Positions 1 to 11,989 are shown, counted from the stretch's first letter. The stretch is 33,731 nucleotides of DNA from Nemertoderma westbladi (GCA_032718475.1 JAUCBJ010003124.1:1-33731); one strand, 5' to 3'. The notes: generated by a model from the letters alone, not told the origin. Program-made: numbers and translations.

Positions 1-160
1 ACACGATTAATGGATACACAGTAAGTAATGATGACGCATCGCTAATCTATTCTCTCGCAACAATAATTGTTATTGATTCGACTTTCAGTTTGAGAAAGTT
101 ATGCTCCTCCCACACGTATGATGGATAATAATGATGTGCGTCTTGTGTAATTCTTCTTAG

Positions 161-326
161 GATGTTGAAATATCTCAAATTAAAGAGAAACTCGCGGAAT
201 TAAACCTGGATAAACCGGCCTCGAGTTACACTGGTCAGTACGCGGTGCTGGACCTACTGGGGACAGGGTAGTTTCGGTTACGTTTACAGAGTCAGGAAGA
301 AAGGTGTTGTATTCGCTATGAAGGAG
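161..326 (+). pseudogene. Protein kinase exon (subdomains I-II), NEK10-like, interrupted by a +1 frameshift (pseudo-exon or sequence error)
   Basis: Acceptor ttcttcttag ends at 160 and donor gtgagt starts at 327. Frame from 161 reads DVEISQIKEKLAELNLDKPASSYTGQYAVLDLLGTG then TAG (269-271). Removing one G from GGG at 266-268 gives GTGSFGYVYRVRKKGVVFAMKE, i.e. a GxGxFG loop plus the AMK lysine, and a symmetric 165-nt exon. The resemblance to the NEK10 kinase start (YAILDHLGSGAFGCVYKVRK...AMKE) is from memory. Confidence 0.75.
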
Positions 327-694
327 GTGAGTTGTTCAATAATGAAATATATTTACTTTTAGTATTATTTATTTAAATGTCAAATTGGAAACCCACTGAA
401 TGAAAAATAATAAGTGATATAATTATAAAATATAAACTCTTAATAATTGGATTCTTAGAATTGCAAATTTATTTAAATAAAAGTAAATTTAATTAAATCC
501 TCAAAATTAATAATATTAAAATTTATAAATAGCATCGTACTGTAGTTTTAATTTTCCAACCCCGTATTCTGTGAGATGTGATTCTGAACAAATAATCCTA
601 ATCAATATGATTTATGTTCATGAGTTACTGTGAATTAAATCTTACGTACAATATTATACCATGTTATTCTCCCTCCACTCTCCTCTTAAACTTA

Positions 695-2373
695 TCAATC
701 CTCGTCATCCTCAGCTCTGCTCTTACACTCGGCTATGTTCGCTTTCGACCAGACGTAGAAGGTTGCGGCACCGGCACTCACTGTACGGACCGCGTTCAGA
801 TCGAACTCACCGAGTATCGCCTCGGCCCGTAGTGCCGTCGCCAACTTCAACTTGGACACGTCGAACTCGATACAACGGCGTTTTAAACTCTCCTTCCCGA
901 GTTTACCGACCAACGCGAGGATCTCCTGCCAGTCTTCCGTTTGCTTCTCCTTGTGCCCCAGGATCAGAAACGTCGCCACGAACACAGTTTTTACGACGGT
1001 CGGCGGTGAACTGTAACTCTTAATCTCGGCTACGGTCTTCTGGTTGAGTTTCAGAATGGCGTGACGCATCTTCTCGATGTTCCGCAAACCTTCTAGAATT
1101 CGTTCCGCTTTCGCTAACTCCGGTTTCAGTTTATTCTTCATCGCGCTTTTCTTGGTGCTGGCCACCGCGGTCTCCAACCTATTGATGTCCCGAGCGACCA
1201 TCGCTTCTTTTAGTTCGTTTTTTAACTTCAGATAGACCAGGACGTCCTCCGCTTTACCGTAGTCCCCGTCCGTATCCGGATAATTTCCGTCGCGGAACAG
1301 TGTCATCGATTTCTTTAACTCATCTTCGTCGCCTAATCGCAATGCCATCTTCAGTCTTTGCCGAATTCTTTGCTCTTCTTTCGATTGGGCAGCTTCTTTG
1401 GCGAGTCGGAGTTTCTCTTCCGCGTCCATTAGGTCTCCCTTTTTGCTCGCCGACCGAACCATTTCCTCGGCCTTCGCTAACGCCTCGTCGGCATCTCGGG
1501 CCTCGGCTTCCGCCGCCTCTGCCGCTTTAGCAGCCGCCTGACTTTCCTTCTTCCTGTCTTCTTCTTCCTTTAACTGTTGTTTTCTCAACTCCTCCTCATC
1601 TCTCCTCAATCTCTCCTCTTCCGCTTTCCTAAGTTTTTCTTCCTCCTCCAACGAGGGGTAGGCGCCGGCCATCTTCTTCGATTCTTCTTCATCAAGCACC
1701 TTGAAAGTAACCATGATGGTATAATCATCCCCGTCTTTGTCGAAACACGCGGCCACTTGTAAATCCTGTCCACCCCTGCCGGTCTTTACGTCGCCTTCCC
1801 AGGTTCCGTCTTCCGCTTGGTCCAAATGTGTCCACTCCTCGTCGCTCACCACGGACACCTGTGTTGCGCCGGGGATTGCGAAGGCAAACTTCACCAACGA
1901 ATGGCACGGGAGGTTTTCCGTAAGCGGCTCGAGTAAGCGGCATCCCTGGCCCCATTGCGCGTACGTCTTTGGGAAACTCGAGGCAGCTGGGTTATCTTTC
2001 GACGCGTGGATTAAGTAGTTGTAAACGTTGGTGAATTTTCCTCCTTTATTTTTATCTTTGGCGAAGACCCCGAGTTGGTATGAGCCGGATTTAGGGAGGT
2101 GGACGTGGAATGTCGCCGTGTTCTTCGTCGACTCGCCGAATACGAACTGGTTCATCTGTACCCTACCATCCTTGGCCTCCAGAGCGAGCTCGGTAGTCAC
2201 GTCCAACGGCATTTTGTCCATGCTGAACTTGATTTCGAGTTCGCCGGAGTTGGGAGCGTAGATGATGGCGTCTTTGTAGTTGATCGGGTTGAGTCCGAGA
2301 GCGTGACACTGTTTGTTAGCACCGTAACGGCCATTCGGTACTTTTGGGAACCTAAGGTTTATGGTTTCTTTAC
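695..2373 (-). CDS. Terminal exon of a kyphoscoliosis peptidase (KY)/hillarin-like protein: KY-type Ig-like repeats, charged coiled coil, C-terminal dynein MTBD-like domain
   Basis: Long GC-richer ORF. Acceptor ttttccag on the - strand ends at 2374; phase 1 matches the upstream exon; stop at 695-697. Motifs FHVHLPKSGSYQLGVFAK..VYNYLI and FPKTYAQWGQGCRLLEPL are typical of KY/hillarin/ltd-1 C-terminal repeats. The ORF-track start at 2404 is intronic. Confidence 0.85.
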
Positions 2374-2843
2374 CTGGAAAATAATATATTGTGACATTTG
2401 ACATAGTAATTAGTTATGTAATTGTTATTATTTTGGTAAATTACAAATAAATATTTGTTATTAATTAATTTTTTATTTATATTTGTGTGAATGAAACGCA
2501 TTACGTTAATAATTTTACTAATCTTAATTAATTAGTAATAAATTTTATTAATACATTTTATTCTGTCTTCCCTCAGCTGGCAATTGAGTTGATGCTACGA
2601 AAGGTCACTGTTGTGGTTTAGTTTGTGGTAATACCTATAAGGTATTACCGCGAGTAAAAACCGGTTTTACCTATAAAAAGGGTTTTATACTCAAGTTGCT
2701 AGACTGATAAACATTTAAACTATTACAATTTCATACTAATTCCAACTTAGGAATTTCATTTTAACTTTAAAATTACAAAATGTTGGAAAAACAACATAGT
2801 AGTAAAAAATTTACCCATTAAAATTAAATTATTTCTGAAATAC

Positions 2844-3366
2844 CTTTTTTCGAGGAGGTTGGTTCATATCGTATCAGATAGTCGCATATGTGCGGAAACA
2901 GGTCGGCTTTGGACTCATCGCGCCCGTATATCTCCAAGGCGTACTCCCCGGGCCGTGGCAACGCAGTGCTGAAGATCGCCTCGTTATCGTTAATCCTGTG
3001 TATCACGTGATGCGACAAGGCCTCATCGTCCAACTCGTTATTGTGGAGTTTCGAAACGAATTCCATTCGCGATTTGCACGCGAACTTTATCTCTACTTGT
3101 CCATCTTCCGTGAGTATAACTCCCTGCAGATGGGAAGTGGCCTCCATCTTACTCCGTAGAACGTCTATTCCCGGTCCGTAGCCCTTCTGGGACGATGTTA
3201 CCGGCATCGGGTTTTTGTTCTTGGCGTCCTCGTCGCTGACTATTATATACCCCGCTATCTGCGTCATCGTTGTGTTACCGAGCGGAGGTTTACTCGGATC
3301 CTCTTCGCTAGCAAACATTTCCATTAAATAGATTCCCTTCTCCGGTAGTCGCATCTCGAAACTAAT
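2844..3366 (-). CDS. Internal exon of the KY/hillarin-like gene
   Basis: Acceptor tttctgcag (AG at 3368-3367, phase 0) and donor GTATTT after 2844 (phase 1). Encodes ISFEMRLPEKGIYLMEMFA...FSTALPRPGEYALEIYG...ICDYLI (KY-type Ig-like repeats). Confidence 0.85.
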
Positions 3367-3388
3367 CTGCAGAAATATAATAAATGCT

Positions 3389-3903
3389 TTTATTCAAAAA
3401 TTGAAACATTTCTTTCCTCTGTCAGTTTCAACAGCGTCAAAAGAAGTATAACTGTAGGTCCGCTAACACTTTTTACGTTCAGACTATTACCGGTACATTA
3501 AGAGTGAACCAAAGTACCCGTACCGGTACACAACAGCTAATGTTAAATTTTAGTTTCACATTCATATATACTGTGTTGTTGTACCGGTAACAATCAGCAT
3601 ATCAAACAACAGTATTGGCGATAAACACTGCGGTACCGGTAAAATCAGTATAACCACGTGGAACTCCACTCATCAATCACATCTGCTGTCCCAGCTCCGT
3701 TACAAACATCTACAATAATCATAATGGCAGAAAACTCAACAATTAACATAAACGAGGACGTGTGGAACTTATTATTAATTTAGTTAATTTAATGCAAAGT
3801 TTAATTCTTATCAAATTAAATGTATATATTTATATTACTTTAAATTATATTAAACAATGCCGCATCGGAAAGTCGTAAAGAAGTGTTTCAATTTTTGAAT
3901 AAA
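3389..3903. mobile_element. Putative MITE / non-autonomous DNA transposon
   Basis: 27-bp inverted repeats tttattcaaaaattgaaaca(t/c)ttcttt at 3389-3415 and 3877-3903 with one mismatch; non-coding interior; target duplication not resolved. Confidence 0.55.
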
Positions 3904-4172
3904 GTTACATATATCTCGTTGATAAAAAGTACTTTATAGATATCAACATCATATAAATAGTTATTATTGGAACTTCTGATAGGGGATTTATTATATTGAT
4001 TTAAGTGCTGCCATGCTGTAGTGGGTTAATCTGTTACCTTGAGTGCCCATCTCTCCGGCGCAGTGGCGGTACGGCTAATGTCGCGTTACGGCTAATGTCG
4101 CGTTATGGAGAGTCGCGTTACGGCTAATCTATTGTCTTGGTTTTACATAGGGAATCATTATCAATATTATTC

Positions 4173-4956
4173 CATGGTATTTACGTATACAGATGAGGTC
4201 CGAAAAATGTAATATAATAATGTTTTACAGCATGGTAGTCTCCGGGGGGGGGGGGGGGGGGGGGGGGGATTTTACCATCTTTCATACTGTATGTTCTTCG
4301 ACAACCTCACATTCAATATAATATTGTATTCTATGGTATTCTTAGTCACAGCCTCAAGCACAGATGCAGATTACAGCCAATGAATGGTTTTGTGGAACAT
4401 ATTCCACTACTTCATATCGATGTTGTTCACCAACGCCTTTCTCGCTATATAGACCATATGACGTTGGGGACTGACAAGTGGTGGCCGTCCTTCCAGCCGC
4501 CGAACACCCAGTTTAAAGTCAGCTGCATTGGGAGGGGGTGGTCATCCCGACTGGCATGTTGGTGTAGTGAACCAACCCTTCGCGGCCGAACCATTCCAAC
4601 CCACCCCACCCCCGAACCACCCCTTCGCGGCTGAACCATTACAAACCACCCCACCACCGAACCACCCCTTCGCGGCCGAACCATTCCAACCCACCCCACC
4701 CCCGAACCACCCCTTCGCGGCTGAACCATTACAAACCACCCCACCACCGAACCAAATGCCATACAAGGGCATGACTGGCTAATTCCAGAGCTTTAGTTTT
4801 AGATACTTTTAATTTGATTATTATAATGATAAATTCAAAGTGCAATATTTCGGCAAAATACTGATATACTCTCGACCAATATACCTATGGTACTGTGTAC
4901 TGTGGTACTCAATACAGCAATAATAATACAATAATTAATAAATTACGTTTTTTTAG

Positions 4957-4987
<31 letters not shown>

Positions 4988-5056
4988 TGGATACTCCCAT
5001 GCTGTAAAACATTATTACATTAAATTTTTCGAACCTTTCTCGTACGTAAACACCAT
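4173..5056. mobile_element. Degenerate foldback element with ~100-bp inverted ends, including poly-G/poly-C tracts
   Basis: atggtatttacgta...aatgttttacagcatgg...(G)n at ~4173-4268 is the inverted counterpart of (C)n...ccatgctgtaaaacattatt...tacgtaaacaccat at ~4961-5056. Confidence 0.55.
4569..4753. repeat. 45-bp minisatellite, 4 copies in ABAB order
   Basis: Units alternate ...ttcgcggccgaaccattccaacccaccccacccccga and ...ttcgcggctgaaccattacaaaccaccccaccaccga. Confidence 0.85.
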
Positions 5057-5145
5057 AAGCGTAACCTTAAGCGCCCTCCAGAGTATTCAATAGCAACCGT
5101 AAGGTAGCTTACCACCTATAGCAAATCAATCGGAAAGATGCAGGA

Positions 5146-5219
5146 GCCTCCGTGGTGTGTAGTGGTCAGCATACCTGAACGTTTATCGGGAGACGCGGGT
5201 TCGATCCCCGCTGGTGGCG
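5146..5219 (+). pseudogene. tRNA-like sequence (tRNA-Asn(GTT)-derived pseudogene or SINE head)
   Basis: A-box-like TGGTGTGTAGTGG and B-box GGTTCGATCCC; T-stem GCGGG/CCCGC; acceptor stem GCCTCCG/TGGTGGC with one mismatch; anticodon stem CCTGA/TCGGG with non-canonical loop ACGTTTA; T6 run at 5226-5231. Confidence 0.65.
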
Positions 5220-5371
5220 AATTCATTTTTTCCGTTCCATTTGCTATAGAGTTGGATCATCCTTAGTCCTGTTTAAATTTCTTAATAAAGTTGACTTTTA
5301 TTTTAACACATACGGACTGCAAGTACAAACTGCAATAGTTTTGTTATCTTCTGCAAATTGTTTTCTTTGAA

Positions 5372-5881
5372 TATTACACCATGAACCGTAATATAGTGTC
5401 ACTGATGACACGGACCCCCCCCCCCCCCCCCCAAATTTTTCTACAAATCTTTATCATATTGCTTGAAATTTGAAACACAACTAGTTCAACTCACCGTGGT
5501 TGTTATCATGAAGCCGGAATTTTCGATTTCGCCTTTAAATTTTTTTAATAAGCGTTTTAAAAAAGTGTCTTTTGCGAAATCGCACCCTCCTTACCATCGC
5601 CATTTAAAACTTCATATTAGTCGTAATGTCGTTACGACTAATGTGAAAAATGGCCACGATACGGAGGGTGCGATTTCGCACTTTTTTAAAACGCCTATAA
5701 AAATATTTTTAAGGCAAAATCGAAAATGCCGGCTTCATGATAACAACCACTGTGAGTTGAACTAGTTGTGTTTCAAATTTCAAGCAATATGATAAAGATT
5801 TGAAGAAAAATCTGGGGGGGGGGGGGGTCCGTGTCATCAGTCATCAGGAAATGACACTATATTACGGGTCATGGTGTAATA
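5372..5881. mobile_element. Palindromic (foldback) MITE, ~510 bp
   Basis: The left half tattacaccatga...gcgaaatcgcaccctcc is the reverse complement of the right half ggagggtgcgatttcgc...tcatggtgtaata over about 230 bp, with a few mismatches and indels; possible TA|CACC...GGTG|TA termini. Confidence 0.85.
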
Positions 5882-6354
5882 ATGTATTTCTTTTTGGAAT
5901 CTTTATGGAAAATTTTTATAAAAAAAATGAGTATTTCCTAAAATTTGGAACCGACAAACTTTTAGTGCGTGCATACGGTAAATATATAATACTCTATATA
6001 TGAGGTTACAGTCGCACGTTATTCGGACCAAAACAACAAACGAAAATCAGCAGAACAGGTTTGTAGTTTTATATTTGCGAACTATCAGCTGTTATTTGGT
6101 TCGATTTTCCCCTGGAGGGATTAATTGCTCCAAGAATTTTAATTTTTAACATAGATAGATCAACCCTCAAAATATCCATGACTTGGGTTTGTGTGAGATG
6201 TGGGTTGTTTTACCTCTGATATTTTACAATTTTAATGTTGTTTGGGTTGTTCTGGTTCTTCTATCATCACAATATTTTATAATGGACCAATATACGTATC
6301 TAGGACTTACGATGCTTAACGACAACTTGGTCACGATACTATTGCCCCACCTAC

Positions 6355-6723
6355 CTGTTTCTTATCGTACTGCTGTAGACAATAGCGACTAAGATTAACG
6401 TTGCTAGCCGTAGAATCTGTCCTCTGCCCGTCTCCTTTACTTTTGTACAACTTGTACGCGAAACTGACACTCTTTGCTCCATCCATGGGTAACGCGAATG
6501 CTATCATCACCGTACCCTTCTTGGCGTCTATTATCGCTTTGTTATGAGACGCTATCGCCAGCCCGAACTTAAAGAAGGTCGACTTTACGAACGCGAGATC
6601 TTCGAACTCTCCGCGTTGTACCGGTCTGTCTAGCAGTTCCCATTGTTGGTCGTCCGGTAGATGGCTGTATATCATCTTGTCTGGGTCCGCCAAGAAGTAG
6701 AATTCGTCTGTCTCGTATTGAAC
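6355..6723 (-). CDS. Internal exon of the KY/hillarin-like gene
   Basis: Acceptor catccacag (AG at 6725-6724) and donor GTAGGT after 6355, both phase 0. Encodes VQYETDEFYFLADPDKMIYSHLPDDQQWELLDRPV, the DEFYFLxDP..IxxHxP...WQLL motif that follows the transglutaminase-like core in KY-family proteins. Confidence 0.85.
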
Positions 6724-7037
6724 CTGTGGATGTAGTTAAGGTCTTTTTTTATAATGGTTCTGAGCTTTTGACTTTACTGCCTTACTCAATGTGAAGTAAT
6801 TATGTTCTTGATTATTTTTTTTTACTTAAGTTGATAGCAGCTCAACTGCAGAAAACAATATTGGATATTGATTTCCGTTTTGGAGTTCCTCTTTCATACA
6901 CTAAAGTTCAATGCTCTTACACTAATAGACTAGAGTACTAGTAATACACTAAATGCTCTTTCCAGAAATGTAAGAAAATTCAGGAAAAAAAATTCATCTT
7001 ATCCCAAACCATAGAAATATATTAGTAAGGGAATGGA

Positions 7038-7183
7038 TGTCCACCATGCTTATTCGCTCCACGAGGCTGCCAAAGTACAAGATTATGCACTGGATGGTCC
7101 TCACGGCGAAAGCAATGTCCTGCAAAGCGGAGGCGATTTTGTTCTAGTGTCAAGCTTGGGGGAACCAATGAGACACCTCCAAT
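7038..7183 (-). mobile_element. 146-bp internal fragment of the same RTE-clade LINE found at 25169-26901
   Basis: The reverse complement matches 26581-26726 with 3 substitutions counted by eye; no 3' tail. Confidence 0.9.
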
Positions 7184-8354
7184 TATTATTATTAAAATGG
7201 ATTTACACGATAACGTGACGGGGTCGCCCCCTAGTGATATTACAATGCATAAATTTATCTAAAATATCTTACGGTATTGAATTTATAAAGCAGTTTATGT
7301 TGTACAATATAACACATATTCTAAATCGATTATTTATGTACATTAAAATGTTAAACAAATAAAATGTCAAGCAGTATCTCATTGTATAAATCATACAGTA
7401 AAGTGTATTGGCTATGCAATAAAATTAAGTAAAATTACACGTACAGTAGGCCAATTCAATAAAATTTCATAAAAATAACAGAACAGTAGGCCTTGGCCTA
7501 CTATAAAATTGTGACAACGAGCTTGTATTTAAAATGGCTTAGCTATTTAGTCAACTAAGATTCACAAAAATAACAAACAGTTAATTAGTTAATTAATTAA
7601 AACAAAAAGTTAAAATTATATATTGTACAGTATTTACTTAAAATGATTAATGATTTACATCAAAATAACAACTGATGTAGGTCCACATACCACTTAGGTC
7701 TAAGTAAGGCGTTTGATTATGATTAATGATTATGGGTTGAGTAGGTCATCAAGATTCGTGAGACACAAGTTACAATTCATTTGGACACAATCGCAGTTTA
7801 ATCTCCATGTACAATTTATATCGACGTCATATCGTTTATGGAAGTGTCGCCAGAATAGGTCTAGGAGTCGAGCCTTTAGTCCAACATGATTAAAAAATTC
7901 AGTTCGCGATGGTAACTGATTAGCTAGAAGCGGCGCACGGAACCAAAAATTTTGCTTCGAAATACATTTCCGTGGTTGCGATATATCGAATGTAACGCCC
8001 TAATCATTAATGTTCAGTATAATGATGACATGACATCATATCAAGATCATGTCATGCCGCTGTCCGACCTGCAATATGAATTTACTAAATTTAAAATAAA
8101 ATTAAGTTTATTTGATTAACTTTAAGAGAGCATTTGCAAACTACAGTAACTACACAAACCTAGAATAAATCATACAGTAGCACCTATGGATATTTGTTAT
8201 TAACTAGACTTTCGCTTAAATAACGATGTGTCTGTAGCCTATAAATTTACCTCGTTTCATTAATAAATCTTCGCTACAATAGGGTTGGTGCGCGAAAAAA
8301 TTGTTGGGCTAGAAACAATTGAATAAGGAAACTTTCTAGCGTAATATCTCAGCT

Positions 8355-9654
8355 CAACAACACCGGTACATGATGGGCTGGGCATGTGACAGAAACGCAA
8401 CAACACCGGTACCTAGGCTGGGCATGTGACAGAAACGCAACAACACCGGTACATGATGGGCTGGGCATGTGACAGAAACGCAACAACACCGGTACCTAGG
8501 CTGGGCATGTGACAGAAACGCAACAACACCGGTACATGATGGGCTGGGCATGTGACAGAAACGCAACAACACCGGTACATGATGGGCTGGGCATGTGACA
8601 GAAACGCAACAACACCGGTACATGGGCTGGGCATGTGACAGAAACGCAACAACACCGGTACATGATGGGCTGGCCATGTGACAGAAACGCAACAACACCG
8701 GTACATGGGCTGGGCATGTGACAGAAACGCAACAACACCGGTACATGATGGGCTGGGCATGTGACAGAAACGCAACAACACCGATACATGATGGGCTGGA
8801 CATGTGACAGAAACGCAACAACACCGGTACATGGGCTGGGCATGTGACAGAAACGCAACAACACCGGTACATGATGGGCTGGGCATGTGACAGAAACGCA
8901 ACAACACCGGTACATGATGGGCTGGGCATGTGACAGAAACGCAACAACACCGGTACATGATGGGCTGGGCATGTGACAGAAACGCAACAACACCGGTACC
9001 TAGGCTGGGCATGTGACAGAAACGCAACAACACCGGTACCTAGGCTGGGCATGTGACAGAAACGCAACAACACCGGTACATGATGGGCTGGGCATGTGAC
9101 AGAAACGCAACAACACCGGTACATGATGGGCTGGGCATGTGACAGAAACGCAACAACACCGTTACATGGGCTGGGCATGTGACAGAAACGCAACAACACC
9201 GGTACATGATGGGCTGGGCATGTGACAGAAACGCAACAACACCGGTACATGATGGGCTGGGCATGTGACAGAAACGCAACAACACCGTTACATGGGCTGG
9301 GCATGTGACAGAAACGCAACAACACCAAACACCGGTACATGATGGGCTGGGCATGTGACAGAAACGCAACAACACCGGTACCTAGGCTGGGCATGTGACA
9401 GAAACGCAACAACACCGGTACATGATGGGCTGGGCATGTGACAGAAACGCAACAACACCGGTACATGATGGGCTGGGCATGTGACAGAAACGCAACAACA
9501 CCGTTACATGGGTTGGGCATGTGACAGAAACGCAACAACACCGGTACATGGGCTGGGCATGTGACAGAAACGCAACAACACCGGTACATGATGGGCTGGG
9601 CATGTGACAGAAACGCAACAACACCGTTACCTAGGCTGGGCATGTGACAGAAAC
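8355..9654. repeat. 40/43-bp minisatellite, about 31 copies
   Basis: Unit caacaacaccggtacatgatgggctgggcatgtgacagaaacg (43 bp) interspersed with 40-bp variants (...gtacctaggc... and ...gtacatgggc...). Confidence 0.95.
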
Positions 9655-9916
9655 TTATTACAGTAGATCTTCAGACAAATGTTCGCACAATATTGAACTT
9701 GCTGAAATACTCCAATCTGAATTGAACCTAACCAAAGTGTCCGACTTTGTATGAATAGCTAATTCTCTACATCCTGAGGACTAATTAGATCATTAATGAT
9801 CTATAGATATTAGATAATAAGGAATTTACATTATATAATAATGAATCTAAATCTGATTCATAAAATTGATTACATAGTTCACTATAGAAAGATTTATGTT
9901 AACGGAACTTGATTAC

Positions 9917-10047
9917 CTGTGTGAAATGGCCTGTGTTAGTAGGAGCTCCATACACAATTGGCTCCCATTTGTACTGACTAACTTCGCTGTACCAGAAGTC
10001 TACTACGGGAGACCCATCTCCATAGCATATGCCACTCGAAGACATAC
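9917..10047 (-). CDS. Internal exon of a CAP/SCP/PR-1 superfamily protein
   Basis: Acceptor atcattatag (AG at 10049-10048, phase 1) and donor GTAATC after 9917 (phase 0). Encodes ...GSPVVDFWYSEVSQYKW...TNTGHFTQ, carrying the CAP WYxE and GHFTQ motifs. Confidence 0.8.
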
Positions 10048-10091
10048 CTATAATGATAGCAGTTCTAGAACATATAATATATAGAACATAC

Positions 10092-10363
10092 ATAATAATA
10101 TTTTAAGATTTCAAAAGGTGACAACTTACTGTGTAGGCCTACAGTATATGATCAATCACTAAAAATTTAAATATTTATTATTTGTTATTTATTATTGAAT
10201 ATAAATTAATTAATTTAATTTTATTATTTGTAGTACAATAATTCTAGAATATCGTTTATTTGAAAAATATAGAGAGAGCTATCGAAAGCTAATAATAAAA
10301 AATTAAATTTTTAGTGATTGATCATATATGTTGTCACTTTTTGAATTCTTTAAATATTATTAT
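10092..10363. mobile_element. AT-rich foldback MITE-like element
   Basis: ataataatatttt...gtgacaac...tatatgatcaatcactaaaaattt is the inverted counterpart of aaatttttagtgattgatcatata...gttgtcac...aaatattattat; the left arm carries a short extra insert. Confidence 0.6.
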
Positions 10364-11989
10364 ACTAAAACAACTTGATCTCACACCCTACAGTCATATT
10401 CCCTAAGTTTCGTAACTTGATATAAATTTATATAGAACATAAATATATATAAACTAAAAAAAATTTCGGAACATTTTTCTGGTTCAAAAGTCAAATTAAG
10501 GCAATTAAAAGACAGGTGTGGAGAAAAATAAGAAAAATATATGACGCCAGAGCTTTGTGTGTTCATTAACTATGAAGATAAATTCTCCGAAAAACTGACA
10601 ATACATATATACTTATATATATAAGCTAAATGTATACTCTATGTATAAACTACCGGTACTGTACTCATTAATTTTAAATACAGTAGGTGAATTAAATCTA
10701 GTTTATTAACTAATTTAGTCTATTAATTTTACATAATTTTTAATGTTATACAAGAAATTTTTCTTTCACGAATATTAAAAGAATGATATTCTACATTACT
10801 TAATAAGTTTTATAATATTTTCGTCTGTGGCCCTAATTTTTTAATATTTTATACAAAATGTAAATATTCAATCACTAATCTTCTACTGTGTACCTTTATT
10901 TTATTTGATACTTTTACAGCTTCACGGTTTAATTATTATTTTATTCAAAGAATTATATTTTTTAAATTGGACGTTGAACGTCTCGAACCTATCAATCGCA
11001 TCTGATTTTTAAAATTTTTAAGTACCAAAATTTTTATTACCGTAGTTTATGCAAGAAATGTAAATACACATTTTATTGTCTATTTATGTAAATGTAATCT
11101 CATATTGTCAATGCTGTACTTTTATCTCTGGGACAAACATCATCATCATGTCATGTCTAAGTATGTATCTAATGTCATCTATGTTTGTGTTATGTAATTG
11201 TGTTATTTTTATGTTCAGTTTAATGTTAAACTTTGAGGAACATTAAATCAATACCAATACCAAGTAGGTTTCCTTTTACGCGGATGCTATTTTCATCGGC
11301 TTATTTTTCCGTCTGATTTTGCCTGTTGCCACACCCAATATGTATCTACTGTACTGTAGGTGTGGGGCGCCCTGTGTAACAGATATGTTAAGGTTATGCA
11401 GCATATTTACTTATAGGCCTACACTGTATAAAAATTCATTTATACTTTCCAAATCTAAAACACAGTTAATCAACTTTCACCTGAAAACACCACCAGGTCC
11501 TGTCGGTAGGAAATATAATAGGCCTACAAGAAAAAACGAACTACATTAGAAGAAGATAATGCCACTTTGTTTATATGTACGTACTGTAAGTTGATGAGGG
11601 CCCACTGTAGTCACTGTGATGTAATGTAAATTTTAATAAAATGTAGTTATCAACATTGATAGCATCAACTTGAAGGCTGATTCAACTTTATTGAAGGAGG
11701 TGTACTGTATTGCCTGTTGACTGTTTGGAGATTTCATTGATGCTTTTACTGCATTTTTTGCAGATGCCATGTTTATGCATCGGTCTGCCCAGGGATCTTC
11801 TCAGTGTTGTAGAGGAACAATGTCTTTGCAGCTGACATTTCTGCTGCAGCAAACTGAATATATTTCGAACTGTGGTTCATGAATACCTATCTATTTTAAG
11901 CCTCAATTTGCAATTTTCTCGTTTACCATGTGATTTTCCAAAATAGAATTGTCATGAAGTGGTGTGTACTTTTTGATGTGTTTTGGCAC

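Noticed and set aside
614-2401. Multiple + strand ORFs overlapping the KY-like exon
   Set aside because: Antisense shadows of a GC-richer coding exon with no recognisable motifs.
4380-4782. Overlapping ORFs on both strands
   Set aside because: Largely produced by the 45-bp minisatellite inside a foldback element.
5146-5219. Functional tRNA-Asn gene
   Set aside because: The anticodon loop ACGTTTA lacks U33 and purine 37 and the acceptor stem has a mismatch; treated as tRNA-derived.
8354-9643. Cys-rich ORFs of up to 429 aa on the minus strand
   Set aside because: They are translations of a 40/43-bp minisatellite; the unit is not a multiple of 3 and the same peptides recur in all three frames.
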